Positions 38,099-52,050 of a stretch of DNA of 64,000 bases are shown here, piece by piece. The notes beneath the pieces were generated by a model that worked only from the letters and a program-made list of their open reading frames with translations, did not search any database and was not told the origin of the DNA. The position numbers and the translations under genes are program-made. Source of the stretch: Octopus bimaculoides (Eukaryota); contig NC_069001.1 of the NCBI RefSeq assembly GCF_001194135.2, positions 34,536,902-34,600,901 on the forward strand. Reading direction: 5' to 3'. The stretch's first letter is position 1. Every line of letters starts with the position of its first letter.

Positions 38099-38512
38099 CA
38101 CAACAGGAAGCAAATAAATGAACATGAAACCTGGAAGGTTGTCTCTCTTCCTGTTAACCTAATGAAGTTTTCAGTGGCTGTTGTGTTTACCTGAGGCCAA
38201 CAAACTGTTTACTCAGCAACAACTTCCAATCTGGCCAATGAATAATTGCACCTGTTAAAAAACACAACTATGGGATTTTTTTTTTTTACATTTTGTTACC
38301 TGTTGGTCTTGTTTGAATAATAATAAAAAAACAACCTGTTATTCAATAGGTACTCCATTCATGCCATCTACACAAAAAAAATATGTATATTTAAAAAAAA
38401 AAACACTTGCAAAATGAATAAGAGTAAAACAAAAATATTAAAAAATAATTCCTGTAAAATATATCATTAATCAAAAAATAATAAGGTCCAGCCTAACCAA
38501 TTTCAAATAATA

Positions 38513-38554
<42 letters not shown>

Positions 38555-39304
38555 CAAATAAATAAACCTTTTGTGTGATATTTCAGAAGAATATGGTATT
38601 GTATGGAGATATTTCCTCCACCATCTTCCTAAAAAATGCCATTAATCATCATAATTGATTTTTTTTTGTTCTTAAATTATTATTTGTTATTTTATAACAT
38701 TTATTTCTTACCGTTCCTTGTATGTGTGCGTGCATGCATATGTGTGTGTATGTATGCACGTGTGTATTTGTGTGTGTTTGGCAGTCTTTCCCTCCCTCTT
38801 TTTTTTTTTTTCCTTCTTCTTTTCTGTTAGAGGCATGTCTTTTGGCTTTGATCACGTTCTTCAGAAACGGAGAAGAATATGAAGGGCTGTATCCCAGATA
38901 GCTGTCTTGTGCTTTTTCAACTTAGTCGAAAATTGCTTCTTCAACCTATTCGTCATCTACTTATTTATTTATTCATTTATTTATTCGTCAGGAAATGATC
39001 TATGCAACTTTTGTTGTTATTGTTGCAGCTGTTATTGGTGGTGGTAGTGTTGTTGTTGTTGCTGTTGTTGTGATTTTGGTAAACCTTAACAAGGTGAAGG
39101 TGCCCCACAAAGTAATCAGGAAAGCAATTTCCGTAGAAAAGACATGATGGAATAGATCTCCCTTTGTATGTACTTTAACCCCATCGTGGGGTTTCACAGG
39201 TGTTGTTGTTGTTGTTGTTGTCTTATTCTGCGGTTTATATCTTTTTTTTGTGTTGTTGTTTTTATCATTTGTAAGAAAATGAGATCGCTATTGTTGTTGT
39301 TGTT

Positions 39305-39494
39305 GTTGTTAATAATAACAATGACAATAATAACAATAACAATAATGATAATAATAATAATAACAGTAATAATAATAATAATAACAGTAATAATAATAAT
39401 AATGATAATAATAACAGTAATAATAATAATAATAATAATAATGATAATAATAATAACAGTAATAATAATAATAACAGTAATAATAATAATAATG

Positions 39495-39527
<33 letters not shown>

Positions 39528-39700
39528 TAAGAACAAAAACTCTTGATATATTTTGAAAACCATGAATAGCAAAGATGATAATAATAATAATAATGACAAA
39601 TAACAATAATGATGATGATGATGATAAATATAATGATAATGATGATAATAGTATTAATAATAATGATGATGATGATGATGATGACAATGATTTCTGACAT
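39305..39700. repeat. (AAT)n/(GAT)n trinucleotide tracts
   Basis: Directly visible. Confidence 0.95.
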
Positions 39701-41350
39701 TGACTACAAGGGCCCACAAACTGATGGGACGATGATAATGGTGGTGGTAGTGATGATGGTTGTGGTGGTGGTGGTGGTGATGAGAATCATGGCTATTGGT
39801 GATGATGATGATGATGATGTTAATGACAATGATGACATGTGTTGTTATTTACTATATTTGTACTTTATTTTATCCCCCCCCCCCGCCGAAAAGGGATAGA
39901 AGGCAAAGTTGACCTTAGAAACATTTGAACTAATAATAATAATAACAATAATAATAATAATAATAACAACAATGATGATGATGATGACTCCATTCACTGG
40001 GACTAAGATGCAGGAAACTATACAAGGATGAAATATAAAGGTACAAAGGAAAAAAAAAAGAAACAATGACAAGAGATGGGGTGAGGAGGGATTGGAGTGA
40101 ATAAAAAGAGGCGAGTATAAAAAGGTGAGATCAACAACAGCTACAAAGACACATTAATAAATAGATAACAAGGAATAGCAATGACAATACAGAACAACAA
40201 AATAACCATGTTAATCAGGTTAACCCTGATAAATCACTGTGATGTGATAATTCTAACATTGCTGGTGCATCTTATTACACAAGTGTTAGCTTTTGTTAAT
40301 AGAACGTTTTTTGTTTCTCTGCTTTCTTTTTGGTTTTTAAGAATGGAATAACATCAGAAAAATGTCGTTAAGAGATTCATAGTTTATGGAATGTGCTGTT
40401 GTTATTTCATTGGTGTACATTGCTTTCTAGATAATAGGAAATGATATAAAGTTAATCAGTTTGATCCTCCTCTGAGCACACGCATATATATATTAAAGTG
40501 TTTCTTTTATTGAGCCCTACTTATTGCTAACACTACTACCGCAAAAAAAAAAAAGAAAGGGGTTTCTACATACTGGCTGACCTGCTAGAAATAGCAACCA
40601 AACCCTTTTTCTTTTCAAATTGTGTGCCTTTTACTTATTGATGAAGGGCACTGTGGATATAACGACGTTCTAGACAGGTTGTGTTTGAAAATTAGATGGG
40701 ATGTTCACAGCTGGAATGTCTCTGGCTACAGGTCTGCTGGATCTGGGCTGATCTCTGACTAAACGACAAAATCACCCCGAAGGGGGTGACTAAATATTGA
40801 CCCTCCTCCTCCTTCTCCTTCTCCTCCTTCTCCTCCTCCTCCTCATCATCATCACTGACACCACCACCACCACCACCACCATCATCATCATCACCATCAT
40901 TTTATACATAATGGTGGATTGGCAGGGCCCTTGGCGCATCAAACGAAATGCTTTCCATATCCTGCCTAGGTTAACATTGTCTTTCATCCCTCTCAGGTCA
41001 ATAAATTACCAGTTATGTATTGGGGTCAGTTTACCAATTAATTCCTTCTCTAAAATTCCAGGTCTTGCACCTAAATTAGAATCCGTTATTATAAAAGCTA
41101 TAACATTCTTCTACTCAAGTTAACAGAGATAATCTGAGGTTTCGTGACAAAACAAATCTCTTCAGATGTCAAAGACTCTTCCTGAAGATTCTTGCAGATT
41201 ACAGAATGGCACTCTTCTGCAGGTCAACAATACAAATCACAATTCCATTATCTTTCAGCCTCTCAAGTTGCACTTTAAATATTGTGCCGAGTGCATCAAT
41301 TTACCATTGAAACAATTATTTTATCAGCTTTCATTTATACGGTCTCTTTA

Positions 41351-41482
41351 TACAGGGTGTCCACAAAGTCTGTGTACATGGGGATTAACACTTACTTTAA
41401 GAAATTATTTCTTATATTTAAATGTTTATGTTATGATTTTATTTACTCCATGTACCCACATGGGGATTAATACATACTTTAA
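41351..41482 (+). mobile_element. Truncated Tc1/mariner-type MITE end with small internal duplication
   Basis: TA|CAGGGTGTCCACAAAGTC is a mariner-like terminus. Partial complementary CCATGTACCCA at 41448-41458. CATGGGGATTAA.AC.TACTTTAA is duplicated (41377 and 41459). Confidence 0.5.
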
Positions 41483-42641
41483 TTGAGGAATTCTATGGCA
41501 GCCTCAATAAGTTTTGTCTTCTCTATGCCAACCTGACCACTTTACCTGTAGATACTGAAGACATCTGATGACTTAGTTGAAATGTAAAAGAGACTTATTT
41601 TTAAGACTTTCTGTGTGGAAGAGGCTTTATGCTTTGAACCCCAGGACATTGACCCTAAGACAGAGTTACCTTTTCCTGTAACTTTCACAACAAATGAGTG
41701 ACAGAGGACCATCTTTTGTTAACACAGACACACACACATACATGCACACGCACACTCATACACATATGTAAACACACACGTACACACATACACACCCACT
41801 CACACATACACACATACACACATGCTCTCTCACACACACACACACGTACACACGCACTCACACATACACACATACACACACTCACACACTCGTACACACA
41901 CACACACAATCGCACATCCACACAGATACACAGTCACACACACACATGCACTCACACACACACACACTCACATACATGCACAGTCACACACCTACACATC
42001 CACACAAACTCACACTCACACATACAGTCCCCCCCCACACACACACTGAATTACCAAAAGGTTTCTGTAACCATACACACATGTGGCAAATGCACAGAAA
42101 TGGACATAAATTTTGGTGAGTGATTCTAAGAGTAGTTAGCAGCAGCAGCAGCAGTTGTTTGCTGGTGAAATACAGACAAATGGTGTGGACACACTGTGAT
42201 CTATTTTCCCTCTTCTTTCTCCACCACCACCACAACTATTACCATCAACACCACTACTACTACTGCTGCCACGACCACCACCATCACCAAAACTACTACT
42301 ACTACTATTACCACTACTACTGCTGCTGCTACTACTTTACATTGCACTAATAAACTGGACAAGATGTAAATTAAAGTTCACTGCATATATTATTAGTCAT
42401 GTGTGTTCAATCAATCCGTGTACCTTTTAATCAATCATCATTAAGTTAAATGTGATCAGTGAAGGGTTTGTAAGGTGGTAGAGTACCTGGGTAGTTGCTG
42501 CACCAGTTTGGTGGCCATCAGAACTGAGATGTCTGTGATTTAACAGGGGTGACATCTATGACCATGGATCGATCATTTACGAGACTTCGCCTTTCATTTC
42601 TACAAATGTCGTCACACAGTTAATTGTGTGTATTTCTTTAA

Positions 42642-42749
42642 CCTTTAGCACATAGCATTTTCTCTAGAATTACTTCCCCTGCCACTGTCCTGTTATTAGA
42701 AGGGAGAAAACTCATACGGTGACATGATGCAGCTACAGTGGGCTAAAGG
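42642..42749. mobile_element. Possible 108-bp piggyBac-like MITE
   Basis: TTAA|CCTTTAGC ... GCTAAAGG|TCAA; the 8-bp TIR is related to the element at 18804. Confidence 0.4.
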
Positions 42750-42973
42750 TCAAATAATAATTGCTTCTAATAGAAGCCTGAGACCAGAAATTTGTGGGGA
42801 AGGGAAACAATCAGTAAGATCAACCTCCAGGTATTTGACTGGTAAGGCACAGATGTGTGGTTAAGAAGTTTTATTTCCCAACCACTTCGTTTTGGGTTCA
42901 GTCCCACTGTGTAGCACCTTGGGCCAGTGTCTCCTACCACAACTACAGGCTGACTAAAGCCTTATAAGTGTGT

Positions 42974-43027
<54 letters not shown>

Positions 43028-44099
43028 NNNNNNNNNNNNNNNNNNNNNNNNNNNNNNNNNNNNNNNNNNNNNNNNNNNNNNNNNNNNNNNNNNNNNNNNN
43101 NNNNNNNNNNNNNNNNNNNNNNNNNNNNNNNNNNNNNNNNNNNNNNNNNNNNNNNNNNNNNNNNNNNNNNNNNNNNNNNNNNNNNNNNNNNNNNNNNNNN
43201 NNNNNNNNNNNNNNNNNNNNNNNNNNNNNNNNNNNNNNNNNNNNNNNNNNNNNNNNNNNNNNNNNNNNNNNNNNNNNNNNNNNNNNNNNNNNNNNNNNNN
43301 NNNNNNNNNNNNNNNNNNNNNNNNNNNNNNNNNNNNNNNNNNNNNNNNNNNNNNNNNNNNNNNNNNNNNNNNNNNNNNNNNNNNNNNNNNNNNNNNNNNN
43401 NNNNNNNNNNNNNNNNNNNNNNNNNNNNNNNNNNNNNNNNNNNNNNNNNNNNNNNNNNNNNNNNNNNNNNNNNNNNNNNNNNNNNNNNNNNNNNNNNNNN
43501 NNNNNNNNNNNNNNNNNNNNNNNNNNNNNNNNNNNNNNNNNNNNNNNNNNNNNNNNNNNNNNNNNNNNNNNNNNNNNNNNNNNNNNNNNNNNNNNNNNNN
43601 NNNNNNNNNNNNNNNNNNNNNNNNNNNNNNNNNNNNNNNNNNNNNNNNNNNNNNNNNNNNNNNNNNNNNNNNNNNNNNNNNNNNNNNNNNNNNNNNNNNN
43701 NNNNNNNNNNNNNNNNNNNNNNNNNNNNNNNNNNNNNNNNNNNNNNNNNNNNNNNNNNNNNNNNNNNNNNNNNNNNNNNNNNNNNNNNNNNNNNNNNNNN
43801 NNNNNNNNNNNNNNNNNNNNNNNNNNNNNNNNNNNNNNNNNNNNNNNNNNNNNCCACCACCACTGCTACAACCACCACTATTGTTAACATCACAAATGCA
43901 ACCATCACTTCCACTACCTCCACCACTACCACCACCACCACTACCACTATTTCCACCACAACTATCACAACGACGCCGATGACCACCACCACCATCACCA
44001 CTGCCACTACAACCGCCACTATTGTCAACATCACTACTGCAACCATCACTTCCACTACTTCCACCACCACCACCACTATGACCACCACTAACTAAACCA

Positions 44100-44660
44100 T
44101 TAGATAAAAGTTACGTAGGGCGGAGCTAATATACGATTGAAATAACGAGCTAATTGGTTACTGTGATTTATTTATTTATCCATTCCTGCAAACTCATGAA
44201 TTAACAAACAATTAAAATGTATTCCTTCATTGCTTGCCCTCTCTTCTTTTTCTTTTATTATTTCTTCTCCACCCACTTCCTCTTCTCGCATCTCACCCCA
44301 ATTTCCCTCATCACGGTATTGTTCCAGTCCGATGCACATGGGTGCATTTCACTGCAACACATATGTCAAGCCGAGCCAGCCCAGCCCAACCAAGCAGAGG
44401 GATGCAATATAAAATCCATTTCTTTCTAGACCTCCCTGATAATTTCTCGGTATGGTATTTCAGCTCCCTAACTAAATCCCCTGATCGCCTGCCATCCAGC
44501 CATTCAGCTATTGCTAACGAACTTGGCTTTCCTGATTGCCAGTAATTAATAAGATCGTTTGCTTCAACTGAAATCTCATTGCATTTTCAAGTTCACCTTC
44601 AGCCATTCTTCCTGTTTCTAAAACCAACCAATTCTGCTCAACCGACCGGAAGAAAGCCAG
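44100..44660. promoter_or_regulatory. Unique CpG-enriched non-repetitive block, possible cis-regulatory element
   Basis: About 14 CpGs in 560 bp, GC-box GGGCGG near 44118, ATTGG near 44153, TAATTAAT near 44543; no convincing ORF. Confidence 0.25.
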
Positions 44661-44910
44661 AAAAATAATAAAGAAATATGATGGCATTATTACATAATGT
44701 TCTTACTGTTAATATTATTATCATTATTTGTTTAATAGTATTGGGAATCCTTCTTCTTCTTCTTCTTCTTCTTCTTCTTCTTCTTCTTCTTCTTCAATAA
44801 AAAAAGTACCAGCTGAGTGCTGGGGTCAACATAATCAACTATTCCACCTCCCCTAAAATTTCAGGCCTTGTGCCTATAGTTGAAAAGATTATAATTATTA
44901 TTATTATTAT

Positions 44911-44943
<33 letters not shown>

Positions 44944-44950
44944 TATTATC

Positions 44951-45112
44951 ATCCGTCTTTATGTTCTGAGTTCAAATTCTGCCTAAGTCAACTTTGCCTC
45001 TCATCCTTTCGGGGTCGATGAAATAAGTACCAGTTGAACTTTTGGGTCGATGTAATTGACTTACCTCCTCACCTGAATTTGCTGGCCTTGTGACAAAATT
45101 TGAAACCATTAT
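44951..45112 (+). mobile_element. SINE-3 copy
   Basis: GTTCTGAGTTCAAATTCTGCC...CATCCTTTCGGGGTCGATG...GGCCTTGTGACAAAATTTGAAACC. Confidence 0.8.
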
Positions 45113-45879
45113 TTAACATTACAATTATTGAGTGAGAGAGCAGTGCATGCCATCAAAGTGACACTGGGGTACAAATATACAAAGCCCATTATACCCATCA
45201 TGACTACCCATTTGATAAGGGTACATTAGGTAAATGCATCACAACCATATGTGCATGACAAGGTGATCTCATATCATTGTTGTCATCATCAACAACATCA
45301 ACATCATCATCATCACATTTGCTATCGTTATCATCATCATCACCATCACCATATCATTTACTTAGATATCATTAATTTTCTGTAAAGGTTAGAGCCTAAA
45401 TTAACTATTAGTTTGGTTTTCAAAATTTCAGTTTATATTTTTGACATTTTAATTTGAAATAAAGAAACAGAAAAAAAATATATATATAATCAGAGAAAGA
45501 AAGAAAATAAAAAAAAACTGCAAAATTTCCTTATTTTCCTGTGTTCAGGCTAAAAGCTGTCTCTAACTGTTATTCACTGCTCAACCATCATCGAATCATT
45601 TTCATGTCATGTCTGGCATTTTCGCGTCAAGAATTTACTCAATGTTTTCTCATAATTATTCATTTGCCCCAGTAATTATAACATGCTAATTAGCTATTTT
45701 TTCGCAACATTTTCATGTGCTTCATTGACATCATTTTGTATCAAATTACAAAGGGGTTTTCTTTTTTTTGTGCTATATCAATGGTTCTCAACTAAGGTCC
45801 ATGTGGACTTTAGAGGTCCAAAGATTTTATTGGTACAAATTCTTGGGCAATTAATTGGTTATACTTCTACAGTCTTTGA

Positions 45880-46085
45880 TCATTTACTTGTTTCAGTTAT
45901 TAAATTGTGGCCATGCTGGGGCACCACCTTGAAGAATGTTTAGTTGAATGAATCCCCACCTCTCAGTAGTTTGATTTTTAAGTCTTGTGCTTATTCAATT
46001 GGTCTCTTTTTCTGAATTGCTAAGTAATGGGATGTAAACAAACCAGCACTAGTTGCCAGATGGTGGGGAACAAGCAAAAGCACAA
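45880..46085 (-). mobile_element. SINE-4 copy
   Basis: TTACTTGTTTCAG...GGCCATGCTGGGGCACC...GATGTAAACAAACCAGC. Confidence 0.75.
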
Positions 46086-46769
46086 GGACACGTGCAAATA
46101 GCCATATATATATATATACATATATATATATATTGCTGAGTGGTTGGTGTTGTAGCCTTCAACCAATGCCATCCAACATGTTAGGCAGGCAGACCAGCAT
46201 TCATCCTGAATGGAAAGCCAGTCCATCACACGTTTATCAACTTAAGACTGAGTGACAAAGGGCAACGTTAAATGAAGAGTCCTGCTCAAGAGCACAGTGC
46301 ACCACCGGCCTGGGAATTGAAAGCACAGTCTTGTAATTGCAAGTAAAAACACCCTAACCACTACACTATACACTTTCATACACACATGCATGCACGCATA
46401 CATACACCCAGCCTTACCTAAATTCATTATAATTTGAACCCAAAACTATTTGATGATTTATATCTCATCAGTTATCTTGATCTTGTCCAGCATTTAGGTA
46501 TATCACAAATAAAATAAATTTAATTAGTTGAGCCGCAATCTATTTGGTGGTGTAACGAAAGAAGAGGAAGTGAAAAGCAAATGGAGAAATTCGTGGAAGG
46601 AACGCTTGTTAGTCGTAAGATGTCAAGGTTTATTTATTGGAGCCAGAGATCAGATGATAAAATTCCTGGTGATAGTGATGAAATATGTACCACTCTGTGT
46701 GCACATCCATACTTGCCATACACTCTTGTATACTTAGACGCAGGCATACATTCATACGTCTATCCATCC

Positions 46770-46845
<76 letters not shown>

Positions 46846-46865
46846 GTCTTATCTGTGTGTGTGTG

Positions 46866-46914
<49 letters not shown>

Positions 46915-47420
46915 TATACATGTATCTAGGCATATGTACATATATTTATGTATGTATATATGTCTATACACACACTTTCACATGCACACACACACATACA
47001 CACATTTAAAATGCTTACATGAATAATATATATTTGCAGATGGGAAATTCACAATAGAAATATTTAAATGCATTACAGTTACATACATACATACCTTCAT
47101 AACTACACACACAATCACACATGTTATATATATAGTTTATCTATATATCTCTTTATATGTGTGTGTGTGTGTGTGTATGTCTATAAACACATGTACGCAT
47201 ATACATACATATACATGTGCATACATATATGACTTCGATAATAGATGATGCTATCACACTGGTGTGAAATGCAATTAAACAAAGCAAGTACTTGCTACTT
47301 TCAGGTATTAATAATAAATATCTTCTTAAACACCGACATTACATTGATATATATACACACACACACATTCTCTCTCTTTCACACACAGACTCAAACATAT
47401 ACATATATGCATCTGTGCAA

Positions 47421-47470
<50 letters not shown>

Positions 47471-47648
47471 TATGTATTTCTTCTATCTTAATGAATAAAA
47501 ATTCTTCGGATAGAATAAATGGGTTAATAGAAACCAAGGTAGCAAAGAACACAAAATAACTGTGGTGTAGTAGGTTGTAATCCTTTGAAACATATGTAGG
47601 AATAAAGTATGCAATTATAACATGCGTTTTCTCCATTCCTTAAATTTT

Positions 47649-47690
<42 letters not shown>

Positions 47691-47949
47691 TGCGCTTAAT
47701 TCAATATTGGCAAAATATGGGGCATACACCCGACTTTTAATTATTGATTTCTAACGAAATATATTGATTTTACTAACTACAGTAAGTACTAATGACACAC
47801 ATATTACATTCTACAGATGGTATAAATCTCATCACTAGTATTCTGCCTTGAAACTATGGCAGAAGATATTAAAGGTTGTAATTTGAATAGTGAAGACAAT
47901 GCCTTCATCCTTTTATTACTGTGTTTGTGTTGAAATAACCTGCTTTTGT

Positions 47950-48200
47950 TTCATGGCTCAGTGGTTAGAGTGTTGGGCACACGATCAAGAGATAGTCAGT
48001 TCAAATCTCGGACTGAGCTGTGTCTTGTGTTCTTGAGCAAGACACTTTATTTCATGTTGCTTCAGTTCACTCAGCTGTAGAAATGAGTTACTATGTCACT
48101 GGTGTCAAGCTGTATCGGCCTTTACCTTTCTCTTGGATAACACCGGTGGTGTGGAGAGGGGAGGCTGGTATACATGGATGACTGCTGGTCTTCCATAGCA
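47950..48200 (+). mobile_element. tRNA-derived SINE-5 copy
   Basis: A box TGGCTCAGTGG (47954), B box GTTCAAATC, then TGTGTTCTTGAGCAAGACAC. Confidence 0.8.
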
Positions 48201-48689
48201 TTTGGATTATTCTGTTAAATGTGATGTTTATTCATTCACAGTGTTTGGAATTCATCATGCTTTGAGATTTTGATGATGCGATTGCTTACAGTTCTATATT
48301 TGAGAGAAAAGGAATTATGTACATTATTTATATTATTTACATTTGACGGATATTTAAAGAAGCATAGGAAAACATTAAATTTATAAGCCCTAAAATTCAC
48401 TCCATAATTGCCCTCGGGCATATATGGCGTAGTGGTTAAGAGCGTGGGCTACTAACCCCAAGACTCCGAGTTCAATTTGATGCAGTGACCTGAATAATGA
48501 TAATAATAATAATAATAATATCGAAAAATATTAGGGGAAGTCAAAAATTATCTTCACTTTCACCATAACATATCTTTATTATTGTCACACTGCCTGCTGC
48601 GAATGCGTGCTTATAGTTGGTACTATTGTGGTCTTGTGATCGAAGTTTGAGCCCTGTTTGTGCCATTTTTATTTCTGGCATCAGGTAGA

Positions 48690-48892
48690 AGTGTCTATGT
48701 GGAACTCAAGCAGTGCCACATAAAAGCCCCCAACACCATCTGTAAAGTGATCAGAGTTAGGGCATCCAGCCGTAGAAACCAAACCAAATCAGATCAGACT
48801 GGAATCTGGTGCAGCTCCTCAGCTTGCCAGGTTCTGAACACACCATCCAACCCATGCCAGCATAGATAATGGGCATTAAATGATGATTATGA
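48690..48892 (+). mobile_element. SINE-2 copy
   Basis: AGGGCATCCAGCCGTAGAAACC...CCAACCCATGCCAGCAT...TAAATGATGA. Confidence 0.8.
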
Positions 48893-49538
48893 TATATATA
48901 TATATGTATGTATATATACACACGTACATATCTACATTGTAATTGAAAGGGTTTGATTCCCAGTGCCTTTCAGTTCTAATGTATTAAAGTATACTCCACA
49001 TTTATATTGAGTCCTGTAATTTATCACTTCTGTTGCTTCAACAGAGATTTTTATTAAAATGAATAATCAAATATTTATTGAAAGTTTAAAATATCTGATG
49101 TTTCTCTCTGTTCCCTTCAGTGAAATCCCAGTTCAATAAATCACTCGTATTGGATGAAACTTCTTTTCATAGTAAAACGTGTGGGCAGAATGCTCTGCTT
49201 CATTGATAATCTCGCTTTATTCAGTGCAGCATAATGACATAATGTGCCTGTGTAGCAGCTTCTTTTTTGAATCATTCCCTTCAGCAGAAATCATAGATAA
49301 AACACACAGATACAGTCACGTATATGCATAGATATACACACACATACAAGCGTGCATGCATGCACACACCAAACACATAGATACAAACACATGTACACCA
49401 AAACAAGCTCACACACAAACACACGTGCACATGCACACACACATATATACAGATATACACATATGATATGGGTGTACCATTGTGCATGAATGTAGATGTG
49501 TGTATGTGTGTGTGTATTATGTATAAATATATATATGT

Positions 49539-49632
<94 letters not shown>

Positions 49633-50536
49633 TATATATACATTATATATATGTATATATATGTATATATATGTGTATATATATATGTATATATGTATAT
49701 ATGCATATATATATATATATGTGTGTATATATGTATGTATATATATATCTTCCCCCAAATAGAAACCACAGATAAACATAGACACATTCACACATATGTG
49801 TAGATACACACATACATATACACACACATATGCGGATATACACATATTACATGTGTGTGTGTGTGTACATATACATGTGTGTGTGTGTGTATAAGATATA
49901 TATATATATATAAGATTTATATATGTAAGATATATATATGCATGTATGTATGTACGTATGTATGCATGCATGTATGTATGTATGAATGTTTATATATATA
50001 ATGCACAACACACATTTTCGGATAAAAAGAAGGCAAAGTTTTATTTTGAAAACTATTTTTCCTTAATTGACTTATTTTTATTAATTTCTTCATTCATTTT
50101 CCTCTCAACATATTTTATCCTTTTAATTTCTTCTTCATTTATTATTTTCTCATTTTTTTAACTGAAAATTTTGCTTTTGTTACTTTTGCTTTTTCCTCAC
50201 CCTTACCCCCACCCCTACACTGAAAGACAAGACTGTTTTACTCCTCGCCATCCTGAACCTCCACCCAGCAAAAACAAAAAACAACAACAACTTTTGTTTC
50301 CTCTATTTTTTTCTCTTGCGTATGTTTTCTTTAGAGATCTAATTAGATCATTCTAGCAATTGGATTCCATCCATTTTAATTATGAAAATCTATAGACCGT
50401 ATTTCTCAATTTTTAAACTAAACAACACTTCTTTGCCACCATCATCTCCATCGAAAAAATAATTAAGTTGATGTTATATGATGATAATTATTATTATCAT
50501 CATCATCATCATCATTATTATTATTATTATTATTAT

Positions 50537-50568
<32 letters not shown>

Positions 50569-50569
50569 T

Positions 50570-50780
50570 TGTGGCAAGCTGGCAGAATCGTTAGCACGCG
50601 AGGCAAAATGCTTAACGGCATTTCGTCTGCTGCTACATTTTGAGTTCAAATTCTGCCAAGGTCAACTTTGCCTTTCATCCTCTGGGGGTCGATAAATTAA
50701 GTACCAGTTGGACACTGGAAGGGGAGAGGGTCGATGTAATCAAATTAGTCCCCTCTCCCCACACAAATCTGAGGCCTTAA
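50570..50780 (+). mobile_element. SINE-3 copy after (ATT)n(AGT)n
   Basis: GGCAAGCTGGCAGAATCGTTAGCACG...GAGTTCAAATTC. Confidence 0.85.
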
Positions 50781-52050
50781 TATATTACTGGTATATGACT
50801 TCATCAATCCTAAAATGTCGAAGAAATAAAAAAGGTAGCAAACACAAGAAAAGCTATCAGAGGAATGGCAATATGAAGTAGAACCCCTCTAAGCTTTGAC
50901 TGACTGTGTTTAACTGCCCTTGTCAATGTTAATAGTAAAACAGCAAAATATTAAAACATTGAATGAATTTAGTGACCTCAGTATATATCTGGTATATGTT
51001 TCATCAATCCAAAACTGGCAAAAAAAACTAGAAACAAAACATGATAAAAGCTATCGGAGTTGTTGTTGTTGTTGGCACTCCGTCGCTTACGACGTCAAGG
51101 GTTCCGGTTGATCCGATCAACGGAACAGCCTGCTCGTGAAATTAATGTGCATGTAGCTGAGCACTCCACAGACACATGTACCCTTAACGTAGTTCTCGGG
51201 GATATTCAGCGTGACACAGTGTGACAAGGCTGACCCTTTGAATTACAGGCACAACAGAAACAGGAAGAAAGAGTAAGTTGTGGTGAAATAGTACAGCAGG
51301 GTTTGCCACCATCCCCTGCCGGAGCCTCGTGGAGCTTTAGGTGTTTTCGCTCAAGTTATGAAGTACAACCAGTCTGGCTTTTGACTGATTTTATATGACT
51401 GTATTGTTGGAGTTAATAATAAAACAGCAAAATATTTAACATCAGATGACTTTAGCAACCTCAGTATATTACTGGTATAGGACTTCATCAATCCCAAATT
51501 GGAAAAAAATAAAATGATAACGAACATGATAAAAAGTAGGATAATGATGGCGATTTAAAGCATGACTGGTCTAACTTTTGACTGACTGCGAATAACTGCC
51601 TCGTTGGTGTTAATAATAGAACAGTAAAATATTAGAACATCAAATAAGTTTAGCAGTTTCAGTATATTACTGGTATATTATTTCATCAATCCCAAATTGG
51701 TGAGGGTGGGGAGACAACAAACACAATGAAAAGAAGCAGACGGATGGCAAAATGGTGTACAACCATTTTGACTTTGGACTGACTTTTTATAACTGCCTCA
51801 ATGATCTTAATAATAAACATCAAAATATGATAATATTGGATGACTTTAGCAACCGCAGTATATTACTGGTATAGGACATCATCAATCCCAAATTGGCACA
51901 AAAAAAAAAAAAGGATAACAAACGCAATATAAGGTAGCAGAGTAATGTTAGTATAAAGCACAACTGGTCTGGCTTTTGACTGACTTTGTATGACTGTCTC
52001 ATTGATGTTAATAACAAAAACAGCGAAATATTAGCACATCAAATAAGTTT
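50781..52050 (+). repeat. Diverged ~198-bp tandem repeat, 5 units, interrupted by a SINE
   Basis: Anchor TATATTACTGGTATA..AC/TTCATCAATCC at 50781, 50982, 51465, 51663 and 51859. Confidence 0.9.
51059..51354 (-). mobile_element. 5'-truncated SINE-like retroposon with (AAC)n tail inserted into the satellite
   Basis: Reverse complement ends ...GTCTGTGGAGTGCTCAGC...GACGGAGTGCCAACAACAAC. A homologous fragment lies on the + strand at 63241-63393. Confidence 0.8.

Noticed and set aside
48416-48510. tRNA-like sequence GGCGTAGTGGTTAAGAGCG...GAGTTCAA
   Set aside because: No acceptor-stem pairing and it ends in (AAT)n, so it is a short tRNA-derived SINE rather than a tRNA gene.
51059-51354. Possible HDV-like ribozyme (GGCACTCC...CCTCGTGG)
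   Set aside because: I could not build the nested double pseudoknot; the sequence reads as the reverse complement of a SINE with an (AAC)n tail.
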